Shown: positions 23,866-36,400, counted from the first letter of the stretch. The stretch: 64,000 nt of DNA from Alloascoidea hylecoeti (GCA_001600815.1 BCKZ01000009.1:88194-152193); one strand, 5' to 3'. Numbers and translations are program-made. Notes: a model not told the origin generated them from the letters alone.

Positions 23866-24900
23866 TTTTGTTATCACCAATATCTACTTTTTCTCCCTGC
23901 AAGACCTAAGTATCTCCTTAACATATTATTACTTTGAAGGTTGAAAACCTAAAACACTTATACGACAGCTCTACGCGGCTTAATTCCCACCAACTAATTA
24001 CTTAATACTTTAATTCTTATTATATCTCACATTACGACTCAAGTAATTAAAATGGTGGCAGCAGCATATCAAAGATAATTAATATCTGAGATGCAATAAC
24101 ACCCGACCCATGAGTTTAGATCAACTGGCTGCTTTTTGATGTTGTAATTGATTACGCTTACAGAGTTAAGATTTAAGACTTATATCCTTTATATATACAC
24201 GCGCGATTAAATGAGAACTACTCTACCTCCCGATCATAATTAACCGGAGCTGGACTATCTCTACCCCCCAGGACTTGTGCTGAGTTGTTAGAATGATTTC
24301 CTAAAGTTAATTGTGCTCTTATCTGGTTAGAGTCTGAAACTGAACCACTTATAGTCATAGTATCCCCACCAGTGTCGTTCCGATGGACCAAGTGATTTAG
24401 AAAGTCGTCTACCTCCCGATCATAATTAACCGGAGCTAGACCATTTCTATCCTCCAGGACTTGTGCTGAGTTGTTAGAATGATTTCCTAAAGTTAATTGT
24501 GCTCTTATCTGGTTAGAGTCTGAAACTGAACCACTTATAGTCATAGTATCCCCACCAGTGTCGTTCCGATGGACCAAGTGATTTAGAAAGTCGTCTACCT
24601 CCCGATCATAATTAACCGGAGCTAGACCATTTCTATCCTCCAGGACTTGTGCTGAGTTGTTAGAATGATTTCCTAAAGTTAATTGTGCTCTTATCTGGTT
24701 AGAGTCTGAAACTGAACCACTTATAGTCATAGTATCCCCACCAGTGTCGTTCCGATGGACCAAGTGATTTAGAAAGTCGTCTACCTCCCGATCATAATTA
24801 ACCGGAGCTAGACCATTTCTATCCTCCAGGACTTGTGCTGAGTTGTTAAAAGCCATAGTAAAATCAAATACTTTGTGTTGTAGCTACATGAGGAGAGAAT
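23866..24900 (-). repeat. dispersed duplication (repeat gene plus flanks), inverted copy at ~63090-63919
   Basis: The ~350-bp 3' flank is nearly identical; ~40 bp of 5' flank is similar. Confidence 0.9.
24218..24856 (-). CDS. 212-aa protein of three identical 62-aa repeats plus a 23-aa partial repeat
   Basis: 186-bp unit (TCTACCTCCCGATCATAATT at 24222, 24408, 24594, 24780). A TATA-like AGTATAAATA lies upstream; paralog at 63131. Confidence 0.75.
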   Translation of the reverse strand: MAFNNSAQVLEDRNGLAPVNYDREVDDFLNHLVHRNDTGGDTMTISGSVSDSNQIRAQLTLGNHSNNSAQVLEDRNGLAPVNYDREVDDFLNHLVHRNDTGGDTMTISGSVSDSNQIRAQLTLGNHSNNSAQVLEDRNGLAPVNYDREVDDFLNHLVHRNDTGGDTMTISGSVSDSNQIRAQLTLGNHSNNSAQVLGGRDSPAPVNYDREVE

Positions 24901-24962
24901 TCTGAATCTCTCCTTATATTTATACTTTATATTAAGGTTGGTAATGAATTTTGTGAAGCAGT

Positions 24963-25007
24963 AAAAAAAGAAAAAAAGAAAAAAAGAAAAAAGAAAAAAG
25001 AAAAGAG
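24963..25007 (+). repeat. (A)nG polypurine microsatellite
   Basis: AAAAAAAG repeated ~6 times. Confidence 0.8.
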
Positions 25008-25206
25008 TGTTTTCATGAACTTTTCCTCACATATTATTAAAATATAATTAGATGTATTAAATATAGCATAGCTGAATATATGTATAATAAGTATAAATGA
25101 GAGAAATAATATATAGTTCGTAAGTCAACTTCGATATTTCTTAGAATCACAAAGCCGCATAAGCGATTATGCTAAGAATATTTTAATTACCAGTCATCTA
25201 CCCCCC

Positions 25207-25343
25207 TGTCAGGTTCTCAGGTATCAATTGTAACTTAAAGTATAGCTACCCGGCTATGAAAGCCTATATAAATAGTAAGTAGTTTCCTCTTTTTATAAGA
25301 TAAGTTATTTTCACTTCAGCTAAATTATCGCTATATCCTTACA
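25207..25343 (+). mobile_element. solo LTR, 137 bp, with 5-bp target-site duplication CCCCC
   Basis: CCCCC|TGTCAGG...CCTTACA|CCCCC; identical to the reverse complement of 161-297. Confidence 0.9.
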
Positions 25344-25488
25344 CCCCCTATATATATGGATTTGATCGACCAACAACTTCATCATACCAACCTACAAACC
25401 ATCAAAAGCATCATCCAAAAACACATCATCCCACAAAATATTAACCAATAAACCATCAACCTACAATAGCAAGAAGGAATCAGATACA

Positions 25489-26853
25489 ATGAATCTCTCT
25501 GAATTCGAAACTATGTTACTCAGGTTCGAAGAGAGATTTGAGAAGAAGATGAATGTCTTGATTGACTGTAAGGTGAGCAACAAATTGGAAGAACTAAGAT
25601 TGGATACCGAACAACAGTTCGCCAACTTAAGGTCTCAATTAACATTGAAAACAGAACAAGCAAATCTCAAGTCAACAACAGAGGATTCAGTTCAACAAGA
25701 TTCTGTTTCCGTTCTCCCTGTTGAAATATTAGAAATAATCTTTTCGAATTTGCCACCAAAACCTTTACTTACGTGTGGAAGGGTATCTAAATCTTGGAAA
25801 CAAATAGTTGATAGAATACGGCTTAAAATAGGCAAAGAACGTCGTCTTTTAGAACAAAATTGGGAAAATGATAAATTTACAAAGCATAAATTAAATGGTC
25901 ATGATGTCCAAACATTTTGTGTTAAATTTTATGATAACTTGATTTTTACTGGTTCAGGTGATTGTACAATAAAAATTTGGGATGCTGAAACTTATCAATG
26001 TTTAAAAGTATTAGGAAAACCAAACGTTAAACTTTCAAGTAAGACTTTAGCGATGTCAGAAACTGAATTATTGGAGTTAATGGAAAAGAATGATGAAATA
26101 TTTCATTTCAGCAGTGTTCTGAATATTGCTATTAATGATAAATATTTGGTTTCTTCTTCATTGGATCGTTCTTGTATAATTTGGGAGTTACAAGATTTTA
26201 AACCAATTGAACGTCTGACATTACCACAATCCGATGTATACGGTATTAAAAACATCGCATTATACAATGATTATATTGTATGTTGTAATGATAAATATAT
26301 TGGGGTTTGGAAATCAAGTCTTGATAATTCAGAACAACAACTAAAATTTAATTTACAGCACCGTAAAAGAGATTACAGGATCGATCATATTTGCATTCAT
26401 GATGGTATTATTTATGGTAAAGTATATGCAGGCATTAGATCCTGGAATATTGAAACTGGTGAATTAATCGAAACATTAACATTGTATGATGTGAATTCCT
26501 TTGCAGTAAATGATCAATACTTATTTTTTAGTGACGAATACTACACACTAAAGGCTATGAATTTACAAAAATATTCTATAAGTATTTTATCATATCAACG
26601 AGCATTCAATTTATCTATAATTAATAATAAACTCTTTACGGTTGATGATCAGAATATTAATATTTGGAATTCAAATGATCTAAATTTATTTAAAGAATTT
26701 AAAGATAAAGATATCTCAATTCCAGATCTAGATTTTTGTGTTTTACCAATTGATGCTGATTCGAAAAAGGTAGCTGTTTTATCTACACATGGTGATGTTC
26801 TTATTTTTGATTTTACTGATAATTTAAGGAAAAAATATTTAAAGCATTTATAA
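25489..26853 (+). CDS. intact F-box/WD40 protein with extra ~70-aa coiled-coil-like N-terminus (copy G), 454 aa
   Basis: Family sequence begins at DSVSVLPVEIL; the N-terminal extension is absent from the other copies. Confidence 0.9.
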   Translation: MNLSEFETMLLRFEERFEKKMNVLIDCKVSNKLEELRLDTEQQFANLRSQLTLKTEQANLKSTTEDSVQQDSVSVLPVEILEIIFSNLPPKPLLTCGRVSKSWKQIVDRIRLKIGKERRLLEQNWENDKFTKHKLNGHDVQTFCVKFYDNLIFTGSGDCTIKIWDAETYQCLKVLGKPNVKLSSKTLAMSETELLELMEKNDEIFHFSSVLNIAINDKYLVSSSLDRSCIIWELQDFKPIERLTLPQSDVYGIKNIALYNDYIVCCNDKYIGVWKSSLDNSEQQLKFNLQHRKRDYRIDHICIHDGIIYGKVYAGIRSWNIETGELIETLTLYDVNSFAVNDQYLFFSDEYYTLKAMNLQKYSISILSYQRAFNLSIINNKLFTVDDQNINIWNSNDLNLFKEFKDKDISIPDLDFCVLPIDADSKKVAVLSTHGDVLIFDFTDNLRKKYLKHL

Positions 26854-27994
26854 TCTATTGAAAATTTTGACAACGTCTTCGGAGTCCTCTACATTCAGTA
26901 TATGTATTTTCAATCGTGTTTTTTCTAACACCTTATTTCAAGATTCCTTCTGAATTGAATTCTGATATAAACCTGTCTTTTTAGAGAGTATGTTTTTGGA
27001 AGTGATTTTGACACTTATCATATAGTTTCAATAAGCCAGCTTTTTGAACACAGAATTTCTAGCTAAGGGGAAGTAAATTTTCCGAGTCTTACTTCTTGGA
27101 AGATTATCTTGTATCTCACCTTAGATGAGAACCTTTTATATAACTTACAGGTTCTAAATAATTTTGCTAAATTTGAAAAAAATGTTTTAGTTTCTGTGTT
27201 TATTATGGGATTTGCGGGCGGTTGTTATCGTACTCACACAAAAATAATGATTGGACGATATGGGCTTTCAAGATTTCAGTTGATAATCATAAATCTATCA
27301 AAATATCACTTTTCAAAGGTTTCTGCTTCTTCACAAAGCATTATTTTGTTGAAGGTTTCCCATTATGTATCTAAATCACCGTTTTTAATTCCTTCTCTTT
27401 ACTTATGCTTATAGTAATATTGGTTTGGCATTTGAATATTTTAGAAGTTGAAAAACCGATTATATTAACTACCTATAAAAGGTAGTAAAATAGACATTTA
27501 CAGATTTCAATTTCACATTCTGAACAATAGTTGCTATTTAATCTAGTTAGCATAGTAAAAAAGGAACTAGTTCAAAGGAATATGAACTAAGCGCTCATAG
27601 GCACGTAAGATGAAACGAGTGAATAACTTGTTAAGGGAATAAAATGAAGCAAGTTAATAACTCACTAATAAGATGGGATGAGAAAGTGAGTCGTGTTTAT
27701 TAAACTATATGATTCACTGTGTGAAAGCTATAGTATAGTTACACAGTAAAAATTAAGACAATCATCTTGATAATATTTCATGAAAATGCAACACTATATA
27801 CTCAAAGTTTTAATCTTCGATCTCCATTGAAATATCTGGTAAAGCCTCTTCTGTAGATCAGATATATGGTATGATAACCCTTCCATTCTTGTTTAAATTG
27901 ATTTATCAATTCAAAATAATATATCTTGTGCCGTTACAATTTGATTTATCGATCTTTCACCTATAAAAATAAAATTCAATTGTGTTTGTGGACC

Positions 27995-28360
27995 AGAGAG
28001 GGTAAAATTTTACCAAGCACTGAAGAAATATTAAGTAAGGTCGCAGATGATCCTGATAGTTTCTCTGATATAGGGGATGAAAAAACTTGACTCATTTTTA
28101 TTAGAAGATGAAGTCGAACATAAAAAAATTTATTGGTATAATAATAATCAAGAATATCTACTTGAAGAAGAACGGAAAATTTTACTTATTGAGTCTCAGC
28201 AAAAAGCTGAAACATACAAACCACCAAAGAAAAAGAAAAAGGTAGCAAAGAAGGAAGAAGATGATGATATATCCAGTACTCCAGAAGGTATGAAAAATAT
28301 GTTACAAAAAAGGCCATTCAGTAAGAAGATTAACTAAGAAGTTTTAGATAATATACTGAA
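27995..28360 (+). pseudogene. BRF1: fragment of the TFIIIB subunit Brf1 C-terminal TBP-binding region
   Basis: LPSTEEILSKVADDPDSFSDIGDE/LDSFLL...W...NQEYLLEEERK...KNMLQKRPFSKKIN*EVL. One frameshift, and TAA where Brf1 has the Y of SKKINY. Confidence 0.8.
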
Positions 28361-28819
28361 CAAGCAGATGAACACATCAATATAATGATAAATAGCTAAA
28401 GATATGCAAAAAACAGTTCGATAAATTTAGAACCAGAATATATATATGAGCTGTAAGTTGAGATACGCTCAACAAATATAAGTAAACCATCAATAAAAAT
28501 GAAAATATTCTAGTTCTGAATTTATCAAACTGTTTTTTGCACTATACATATGCACAGTTTGTAGAAGTTTTCTCATCTGCAGCATTTCAATCCTTGCTTG
28601 ATGCACAAATCACAAATATTAATCACAGCCATTATTGAATATAATCCGGGATCCCAGAATATGAATCAACTATAGATTTTACCTACAAAAGCATAGATTT
28701 TTACACATTAAAATTCATCACTCCCTGTTTCATCCCATTTCTTATTGCAAAAAACCCATAATACTAGTATTATTGGTAACCACAATTAAGTAAACAACGA
28801 CCATTCAAACTATTTCAAT

Positions 28820-29146
28820 ATGTCCTTACACAAAAATCTTAAGATGACATTAGATTCTGTTTCTGATCTCTCTTTTGAATTATTTCAAATAATCTTCTCA
28901 AATTTGTCAACAACTTCTTTACTTAATTGTAGAAGAGTCTCTAAATCATGTAGCTGAAAACGATGATATATGGAAATCAAAGTTTCAAGTTCAAAAATCT
29001 TGGAAATACCACAATGATGATTCAGAAACAGATTCGTGGTATGAATTATCCAAAGAACATTATCTTTTAGAATCTAACTGGAAAAATGGAAAATTTACAA
29101 AGCATAGATTAAGTGGTCATTCTGGCCGAACGTGGTGTGTTAAATT
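28820..29146 (+). pseudogene. F-box/WD40 pseudogene lacking most of the WD40 domain (copy H)
   Basis: MSLHKNLKMTLDSVSD... with a frameshift, ending after GHSGRTWCVKF. It is joined to the family's distal 3' flank (~29230-29340 matches ~23462-23565). Confidence 0.9.
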
Positions 29147-29926
29147 CTGAATAAGATTAATAAATTACTTGCTACCAAGAATACGGATAGTATCTCTTAA
29201 TATGTTTAAAAAATGTTTTCGTTTCTGTAATTATCATGATCATGGTATGTTCGGTTATCGCATTTGCCCTACACAAAAAAAAAGTATGAACAATTCTTAT
29301 ATGGACTTTCCAACTCAGGTTTATATTTTGAGAATTTTCTTCTTACTTAATTTTTTTCATTTTTATTGATAGTGTACTTCTGCTGAATGTATCCCAACTC
29401 ACAAATTCATAAATATGAATATGAGGCGAAATATATATCTTACAAATGACAAAATATATTGCGGAATAATGCGTTACCTGAACGACTCATTATTGATTTT
29501 CAAAGTGCCGAACACAGACTCAGATATAACGAAAGCCCCTCTACAATATGAAATTCTGAGTGGAAAAACTTTAATTACCTTTGTTATATCCATTTTTAGA
29601 TATCTTACTATTAATGTTTAGTTATGAATTTACTATTTAAACGTAAGCATTTGCTACTTAACATAAATCATTAATATAAATCATTATTAATTATAAAGAG
29701 TTTAATAGTCTTGTATAGGCTAATGCAAATCCCAAAATTAAAGATATTTGTGATAGAGAATATTATACTATTTGAGCTGGTGCTATCGCTAAAGTTTTAA
29801 GTAAAATATGAAAAAACTATCTAAGAGACGAATGTGAGAATATTTTAAGACTAATCAAGGAGAGTGATCATAGGGTTAGATAATTCTAGACCACAATTGT
29901 AAAGAGCAATACAATAATACTCTAAT

Positions 29927-31334
29927 TTACTTTTTGCCTTTTCTACCAGATTTGAGCTTTCCTTCAAAACCAGCGCGCTTTCGAGCCTTTTTCCCTTTAA
30001 TTTGCTTCATGTCTTTCTTTAATTGAATATTTGCTTCTCGTTTTTTCTGGCGAGTAGCAATGGATTTCTTGACATTTTCCTCCCGTTCATTCCATTCTCT
30101 TTCAGATTTATTTTTCTTTTTTTGTTGCCTCTTTAAAGATTTGCGCAGCAACTTTTCATCATCATACACTTTTTCTCCCGCTGATTGTTTAATTGCTCTC
30201 GTCCAGCTATCCTTCTTTTGTATTTTATCTTGTGTATCTTTATCTAATTGCGCCAGTTTGGCATTCCTAGCTTCAACTTCTCTGAGTTTGGAAGCTAAAT
30301 CCTTTGACTTTCGTTTATTATTCGAAGAATCTCCATCTTTAAAAATTACATTGTTGAATAAAGAATTGGATGTAGACCCAATGCCATTAGCCTCCTCATC
30401 CTGTTCTTCTTCGTCATCATCTTCTTCCTCATCATCAGTAACTTCTTCCTCTCGTTTTCTCTTCTTTAGGTTTTCCTCTTTCTTCAGTCTTCTTTGCTCT
30501 AAAATTTTTTCTCTACTCATGGGAGCTCCTTTCACACTAGTACCAGGTGCTTTTCTTTTTTCTCTCAGTAAGTTAATTTTAGCTGACAATTTATTTTTAA
30601 GTTCATCCAATTGTTTCTTTTTTTCTTTTTTTTCTTCTTCCGTAACAATATTTTTGTGGCTCTTTTTATTTTGTGTTGGTTGTTCCGTTAAATTCGGATT
30701 ACCTGCAGATATTTCATTTCCTTCATCATCAAATACAACTGTAAGAGATTCATCTTCATCGTCATCCCCATGGTCTACTTCTATATCTTTCTGATTTAAA
30801 CTTTCCTCGATGGGTTTATTTTGTTTCTTTAAATCTACATCTGTATTATCAGCTTCAGATGTTTCATTGTCACTTCCTTCTGATATTTCGTCATCCCCTG
30901 GCATAATGAAATCATCTTCAGATTCTTCTTCACTGTTTTCATCATTATCCGGAGTATCTTCTCCATCAGGTCCTGGCAATTTAACAGGTTTGGCAACAGC
31001 AGCCATTTTATTTTGAGCACTCAAGGCATCAACTTTTGAGTTTGGATTAAATTTTATCTTCTTTGCTTGCCGTTTTTGCTCCTTTGAATTTTTTTTCTTA
31101 CTCCATTGTTCGGAGGATTCATCATCATAATAGTATTTAGCTGGTATTAGCGATAACAACCCATCCAAAGTGTTTGAATGAGATCTCAGTCGCTCCTAAA
31201 TGTTTAAAAAAAAAGAGTGAGTATATTGATTCTTGTTACTACATTTTTCTTCGCTCTTCTGCCTTTCTTGGAATTAAAAATGTTGATAAGTAAACAGAAA
31301 AAGAATAAATATATACCTCTAATGTGTTTACCAT
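29927..31334 (-). CDS. RRP14: ribosome biogenesis protein Rrp14 (SURF6); exons 31334-31317 and 31195-29927
   Basis: MVNTLE|ERLRSHSNTLDGLLSLIPAKYY; GEKVYDDEKLLRKSLKR...W; RAGFEG. Confidence 0.92.
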
Positions 31335-31853
31335 TCCGAATGACTGAAAATCAAATGCTTTGAAAAGTAATCAAAAAGTGTTTATTTAACATATTTTGAT
31401 GAGTTTTTCACCTTAACAAAATATTTTCAGGTACTCAGATATACAGTCATTCTGAAATATACTGCGTTAACTTTAATAAATTATTAATTACATTTGAATT
31501 TTTTGCTTCTTATGTACTATTATTTAAATTTTCTTTGTAATTGGTATCCGTTACATATTAATGGTGAAATACTTGATTGGAAATACATTACTTTATAAAG
31601 TCAGTGACTTGATAACCATTTAATGAAGTTGATTTACAAAGGGCACCCATATAGTACTTCAGGTCAAAATTAATTACATATCTAAATTTTCAAAATAAAT
31701 GTATATTCAATATTCAATTCTAAAATTATAAATAACTAGTCATCGAAAAACAACTATAAATAATACCACACTACAATAAATAAATACCTCCAATTGTCTT
31801 ATCAGCCAGAGACAGCCACCCGACAATTTTATTGCTAAATAAGTCTAATAAAA

Positions 31854-33449
31854 TTATTTTTCCACGCGGGAAATGGCAATTCTAACGGCTTTAGTTTGTG
31901 TGTAATTGTCAATAGCTTCGGCTCCCATTTCTCTACCAATACCAGATTCATTAAATCCTCCGAATGGAACCTGGTGGTGGAAATTGTTATAAGTATTGAC
32001 CCAAATTGTTCCTGCAACAAGTCTACCGGCAACGTCGTGAGCTTTGTTGATATCAGTAGTATGAATACCAGCGGCTAACCCATATTGTGAATCATTAGCA
32101 AGAGAAACAACTTCATCGACGGTTGAGAACTTGGAAACTGTTACTACTGGTCCGAATATCTCCTCTTTTACAACTCTCATATCTTCCTTTACATCAGCAA
32201 AGATGGTTGGTCTTACAAAGTAACCCTTGTCTCCCAATCTTTCACCTCCAGCAACCAAAGTAGCACCTTCCTTCTTTCCAATCTCAACATATTCTAAGAT
32301 TTTATCTAATTGTTGTTGGGAAGTTTGAGCACCTTGGAAAGTTGCATCATTGAAAGGATCACCAACAACTAAATTATCAGCATGTTCTTTGAATGCAGCA
32401 AGAACCTCATCATAAACAGTATCCTGAACATAGACTCTAGAACCGGCACAACAAACTTCACCTGAATTGAAATAGATACCAAGTATAATATTTTGAACTG
32501 CCTTCTTAATATCAGCATCAGCAAAAACGATATTTGGAGATTTACCACCCAACTCTAGAGTGACTTTCTTTAAGTTAGAATTGGCAGCAGCCTTCATAAT
32601 GTGTCTACCAGTTGCAGTTGAACCAGTGAAGGCAATCTTCTTAACCTTAGGATGCATTGAAATAGCTTCACCGGTAATTCTACCAAATCCACTGACAATA
32701 TTAACGACACCAGGTGGAATACCAGCTTCTTTAACTAAGTTACTGACGTATAAAGCAGATAATGGAGTAGATTCAGCTGTTTTTAAAACAACTGTATTAC
32801 CTGCTGCTAATGCTGGTCCAACTTTCCAAGACCACATAAGTAATGGAAAATTCCATGGAATAATTTGACCACAAACCCCTAATGGCTCCCTTCTACTATA
32901 ATTGAAGTGGTCTGGCCCACTCTCTATTACACGACCAAATATTTTGTCTGCCCAACCACCATAATTTCTGATAACATTAGCAACCAGTCCAACATCACCT
33001 CTTGCAGATGTAATTGCTTTACCATTGTCTAAGGTTTCGATATGGGCCAATGTCTCGTGTTCCCTTTCTATAAGGTCAGCAAGTTTCGTTAAAAGCTTCC
33101 CTCTGTAGGCGGGATCTGATTCTTTCCACCCGTTCTTAAAAGCCTTGTCAGCAGCTTCAACAGCAGCATTTACATCATCCTCCCTCGCTTCATAAACATG
33201 TGTGATCTCTTCTTCAGTAGATGGGTTAAACACCTCAAAAGTTTTTCCTTGTCTTGATTTCACAAATTCATTGTTAATAAAGAGACCAGTTGGTTGTTCA
33301 TAAGTAGTTCCATTAGGAAGTGTGATTGGAACAGATAATGGAAGTTCACTGAGTCTTGCAGCTGAGACTGAAAAATATCTAGCAGAAGCGAAGACAACTT
33401 TCCTAGAAGAAGGAGCGTGCTTGAGAGATGTGATGGCTGACAATAGCAT
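31854..33449 (-). CDS. mitochondrial aldehyde dehydrogenase (Ald4/Ald5-like)
   Basis: Presequence; [33 protein letters not shown] motifs. Confidence 0.95.
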   Translation of the reverse strand: MLLSAITSLKHAPSSRKVVFASARYFSVSAARLSELPLSVPITLPNGTTYEQPTGLFINNEFVKSRQGKTFEVFNPSTEEEITHVYEAREDDVNAAVEAADKAFKNGWKESDPAYRGKLLTKLADLIEREHETLAHIETLDNGKAITSARGDVGLVANVIRNYGGWADKIFGRVIESGPDHFNYSRREPLGVCGQIIPWNFPLLMWSWKVGPALAAGNTVVLKTAESTPLSALYVSNLVKEAGIPPGVVNIVSGFGRITGEAISMHPKVKKIAFTGSTATGRHIMKAAANSNLKKVTLELGGKSPNIVFADADIKKAVQNIILGIYFNSGEVCCAGSRVYVQDTVYDEVLAAFKEHADNLVVGDPFNDATFQGAQTSQQQLDKILEYVEIGKKEGATLVAGGERLGDKGYFVRPTIFADVKEDMRVVKEEIFGPVVTVSKFSTVDEVVSLANDSQYGLAAGIHTTDINKAHDVAGRLVAGTIWVNTYNNFHHQVPFGGFNESGIGREMGAEAIDNYTQTKAVRIAISRVEK

Positions 33450-36400
33450 TGGTGAAGTTCCTATTGGGAGTTTGAATTAAATGAAAAATATAGTAACAAC
33501 AATGTTTGGGGGAGGCCCAACATTTATAGACAATCGAGTTGTTCTGTATAGATAAAAATATTATAAGTTTGAACGTTGTATAATAATAAAAAGGGATCTA
33601 CCCCCACTATACCTAGTCTACCTCATGTAGCAAAAGAGGGGTAATTGCATATATAATAATCTGAATACCGGTGACTTTTTTTTGTTGTTAGCCGTGTGAA
33701 TACTGTAAAGTTGTGTTGAGGTGTTGAAATCTGGATTTCTGAAGGTTTTCATTTGCGACAAAAACAGCCGAGGAACCACGAAAAACAGTTTATATCTAAA
33801 CTTTCATGGTACTTTTAAATCTCCCTCTTTTCTGGTCAGAAGTTTTCAAGCCAACACGGAAAAATTTTAAGTATTGAATGACATAATTGCATTGATGTAT
33901 ATCTTATCTTTATACACTACTTTGGGAAACTAATATGTATATGGCAAACTGCAATTACATATGCATATGCATAACTTGAAAGTTCAAGAGTCAAGACAAC
34001 TGCTTAAAACAGATATCGATACAATCCAGCCAATTATAATATATACATTTATTATAGCTTATATTTAACACCTATATACAGAAATTCAGTATACCATTTT
34101 TAAATTTTAATAATTTTTCATTTTTTACTATGTTTCACCGAAAAAGCGGACGTAGTCAATGATTCTATTCAAAATTATTAATTATAGCATATAATCGATA
34201 TCAATACTTGAGCCACGTGCACTGATAGGTATAACTATATGAAGCCAGCGTTAGCTCGGATTATATGTCGATATCGCGGATATTATACATAAATAATAAT
34301 AAGCACCGATATCAATTAAATATATTAATGCTTTTTAATCAATCTTTAAATTCCGTAGTCAATGGTCATACCTAACAGTATATACCGGAGCTATGTCAGT
34401 TGCACAAGTAGTAAACCATTAGTTATAGATATATTCAATACCTTCTTATTGGTTGTATAGAATTGTTGATGTTGCGATACCAAAATTGACTATGTACCGG
34501 TATGTATTAATAATTTAATACTCCAAGACAAGGTTTAGAGGCAAAGACTCCTCCATAAAGTAACATTCAATTTGATTCAAATGAGGTTGTATAGGATATG
34601 CTACGTTAACGCACAAACTCTTATCCTTTTAGTATGATTTTACTATAGTTGTAAGCTTCAACATCAAGACTTACCGCTACAGGTATATATGTATGTTTAT
34701 TTCGTACTATATTCCCACAAAAACTTGTTCTAGATCCACATATTTGGATATGTCTTTAGATACATTTAATTATAATTATATACCCTATAATCGTAACTTT
34801 AACGTTGTGATTCTTACAATTATTTAGGTATATATATGCTTGTGGGTTTTAAAAGATGAATATTAATTAGTAATATTGATTACAAATATAATTGAATATA
34901 TTGATATTTTATGCTTATGTTTAACAGAGGAAATTAATTATTATTACTAATTATAGATCTTTAATATAAGCTTAGCTTTTATCTTATAATTATATATAGC
35001 CGTACGCATACGTCATATAGTAATTTACTATTATTGTAAAAAGCAGTTAGAAAATTGCTTATAATAGTATATAACCAGTATTACCCATAATAAGTATATC
35101 GAGGTTAAGCTCAAAAAGACTAATAAAAATTCTCTACCACTGTTTAAATACAATTTTTGTAAGAATAAGCATTATATGATGTAATTAATAGTGAATATCA
35201 ATTGCAATATTAATGCTATGATATAAAATTAAAGATATTACTCATTTCATCCTTTGGTGAAGTTTATGAAGTATTCTATGTTAATGTTTATCAGATTTTA
35301 ATATAAGCTTAAGATTAACTAACGATATAAGGCATAACTATTAGCCTTACCCATTTAAACAAAACAGCTACTTCTTATGCCATATAATATAACCAGACAT
35401 CAGGATTACCCAAATTGATTTACTATATTAATTTAAAGTTTGTAATAGTTAAGCCTCTTATATTTTACTCATATCATAATCAGTAATACAAATAATTATA
35501 TGAGATATCGATATCTTAAATATATTTTGAAGGGTATTAATTTAAACCAAATATATACCCGATTGACAAATCTTGCTATTATAAGGATATACATTCAAAT
35601 TTGTCTATATGATGTTTTGTGATAGCTAGCATGATAGAATTTGTAAAGATATTAATATGGAACATACTTTATCAATTATACTAATATTAACGTTGTAGTG
35701 CCATTTTAGACGTATAAAATGGAATGTTTTAAAGCAAAAATAACCAAAAAACAAATAAACTGTATCTACACCATCCATTATTGTAATTGCCTTTATGATT
35801 AATTTTATTGCAATTGTAGTCAATCATAATAACTTCTCTTTATAGCCCTATATCGTTTCAGAAAATATAGTGCTTCCAGTTCTAGAATATAAGCTTTTAG
35901 TTAGATCTAATTCATCAGACATAGAATGAAAATAAAATAACCAATAATCAGCACACGTATGTATGAAATGTGATTTACCTTACCTTTCTTAATATATTCC
36001 CCAAATTCTAGCCTCTTTTTAATGTCTTCCTCAAGTGTGAGGCCTTTGTTCTTCATGAACCCAGCATGTAATTTTGTTCGAAAGTAGTGATACCCAAGCC
36101 TAAGGATTACCGTTTGGTATTAGCTGATATTTCAATGTCTTTGTTTAATTTAATTACAAATATTTATGCTTACGGGTACTCCCTTCCCATATAAAGTAGT
36201 TCTTTATAGAGCTGTTTAACCTGATACCTTAACTGTGGGGTCATTATTATGGATGGATGGATGGTTGTAGGAATTGTTTAGCTATAATAATAAGGCTTAT
36301 ACCCATGATATTTATTAAAAAGAAAGCCATATGTAGTTGTTATTATATATATCATTTCAATACGTTATACCATGTTTGTACAAGTGCTATATAGTGATAT

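Noticed and set aside
24218..24856. Pheromone/Kex2-processed repeat precursor
   Set aside because: No signal peptide, no KR/RR sites, no CAAX.
30060..31016. Long plus-strand ORFs (244 aa, 68 aa)
   Set aside because: Antisense shadows of K/E/D-rich RRP14.
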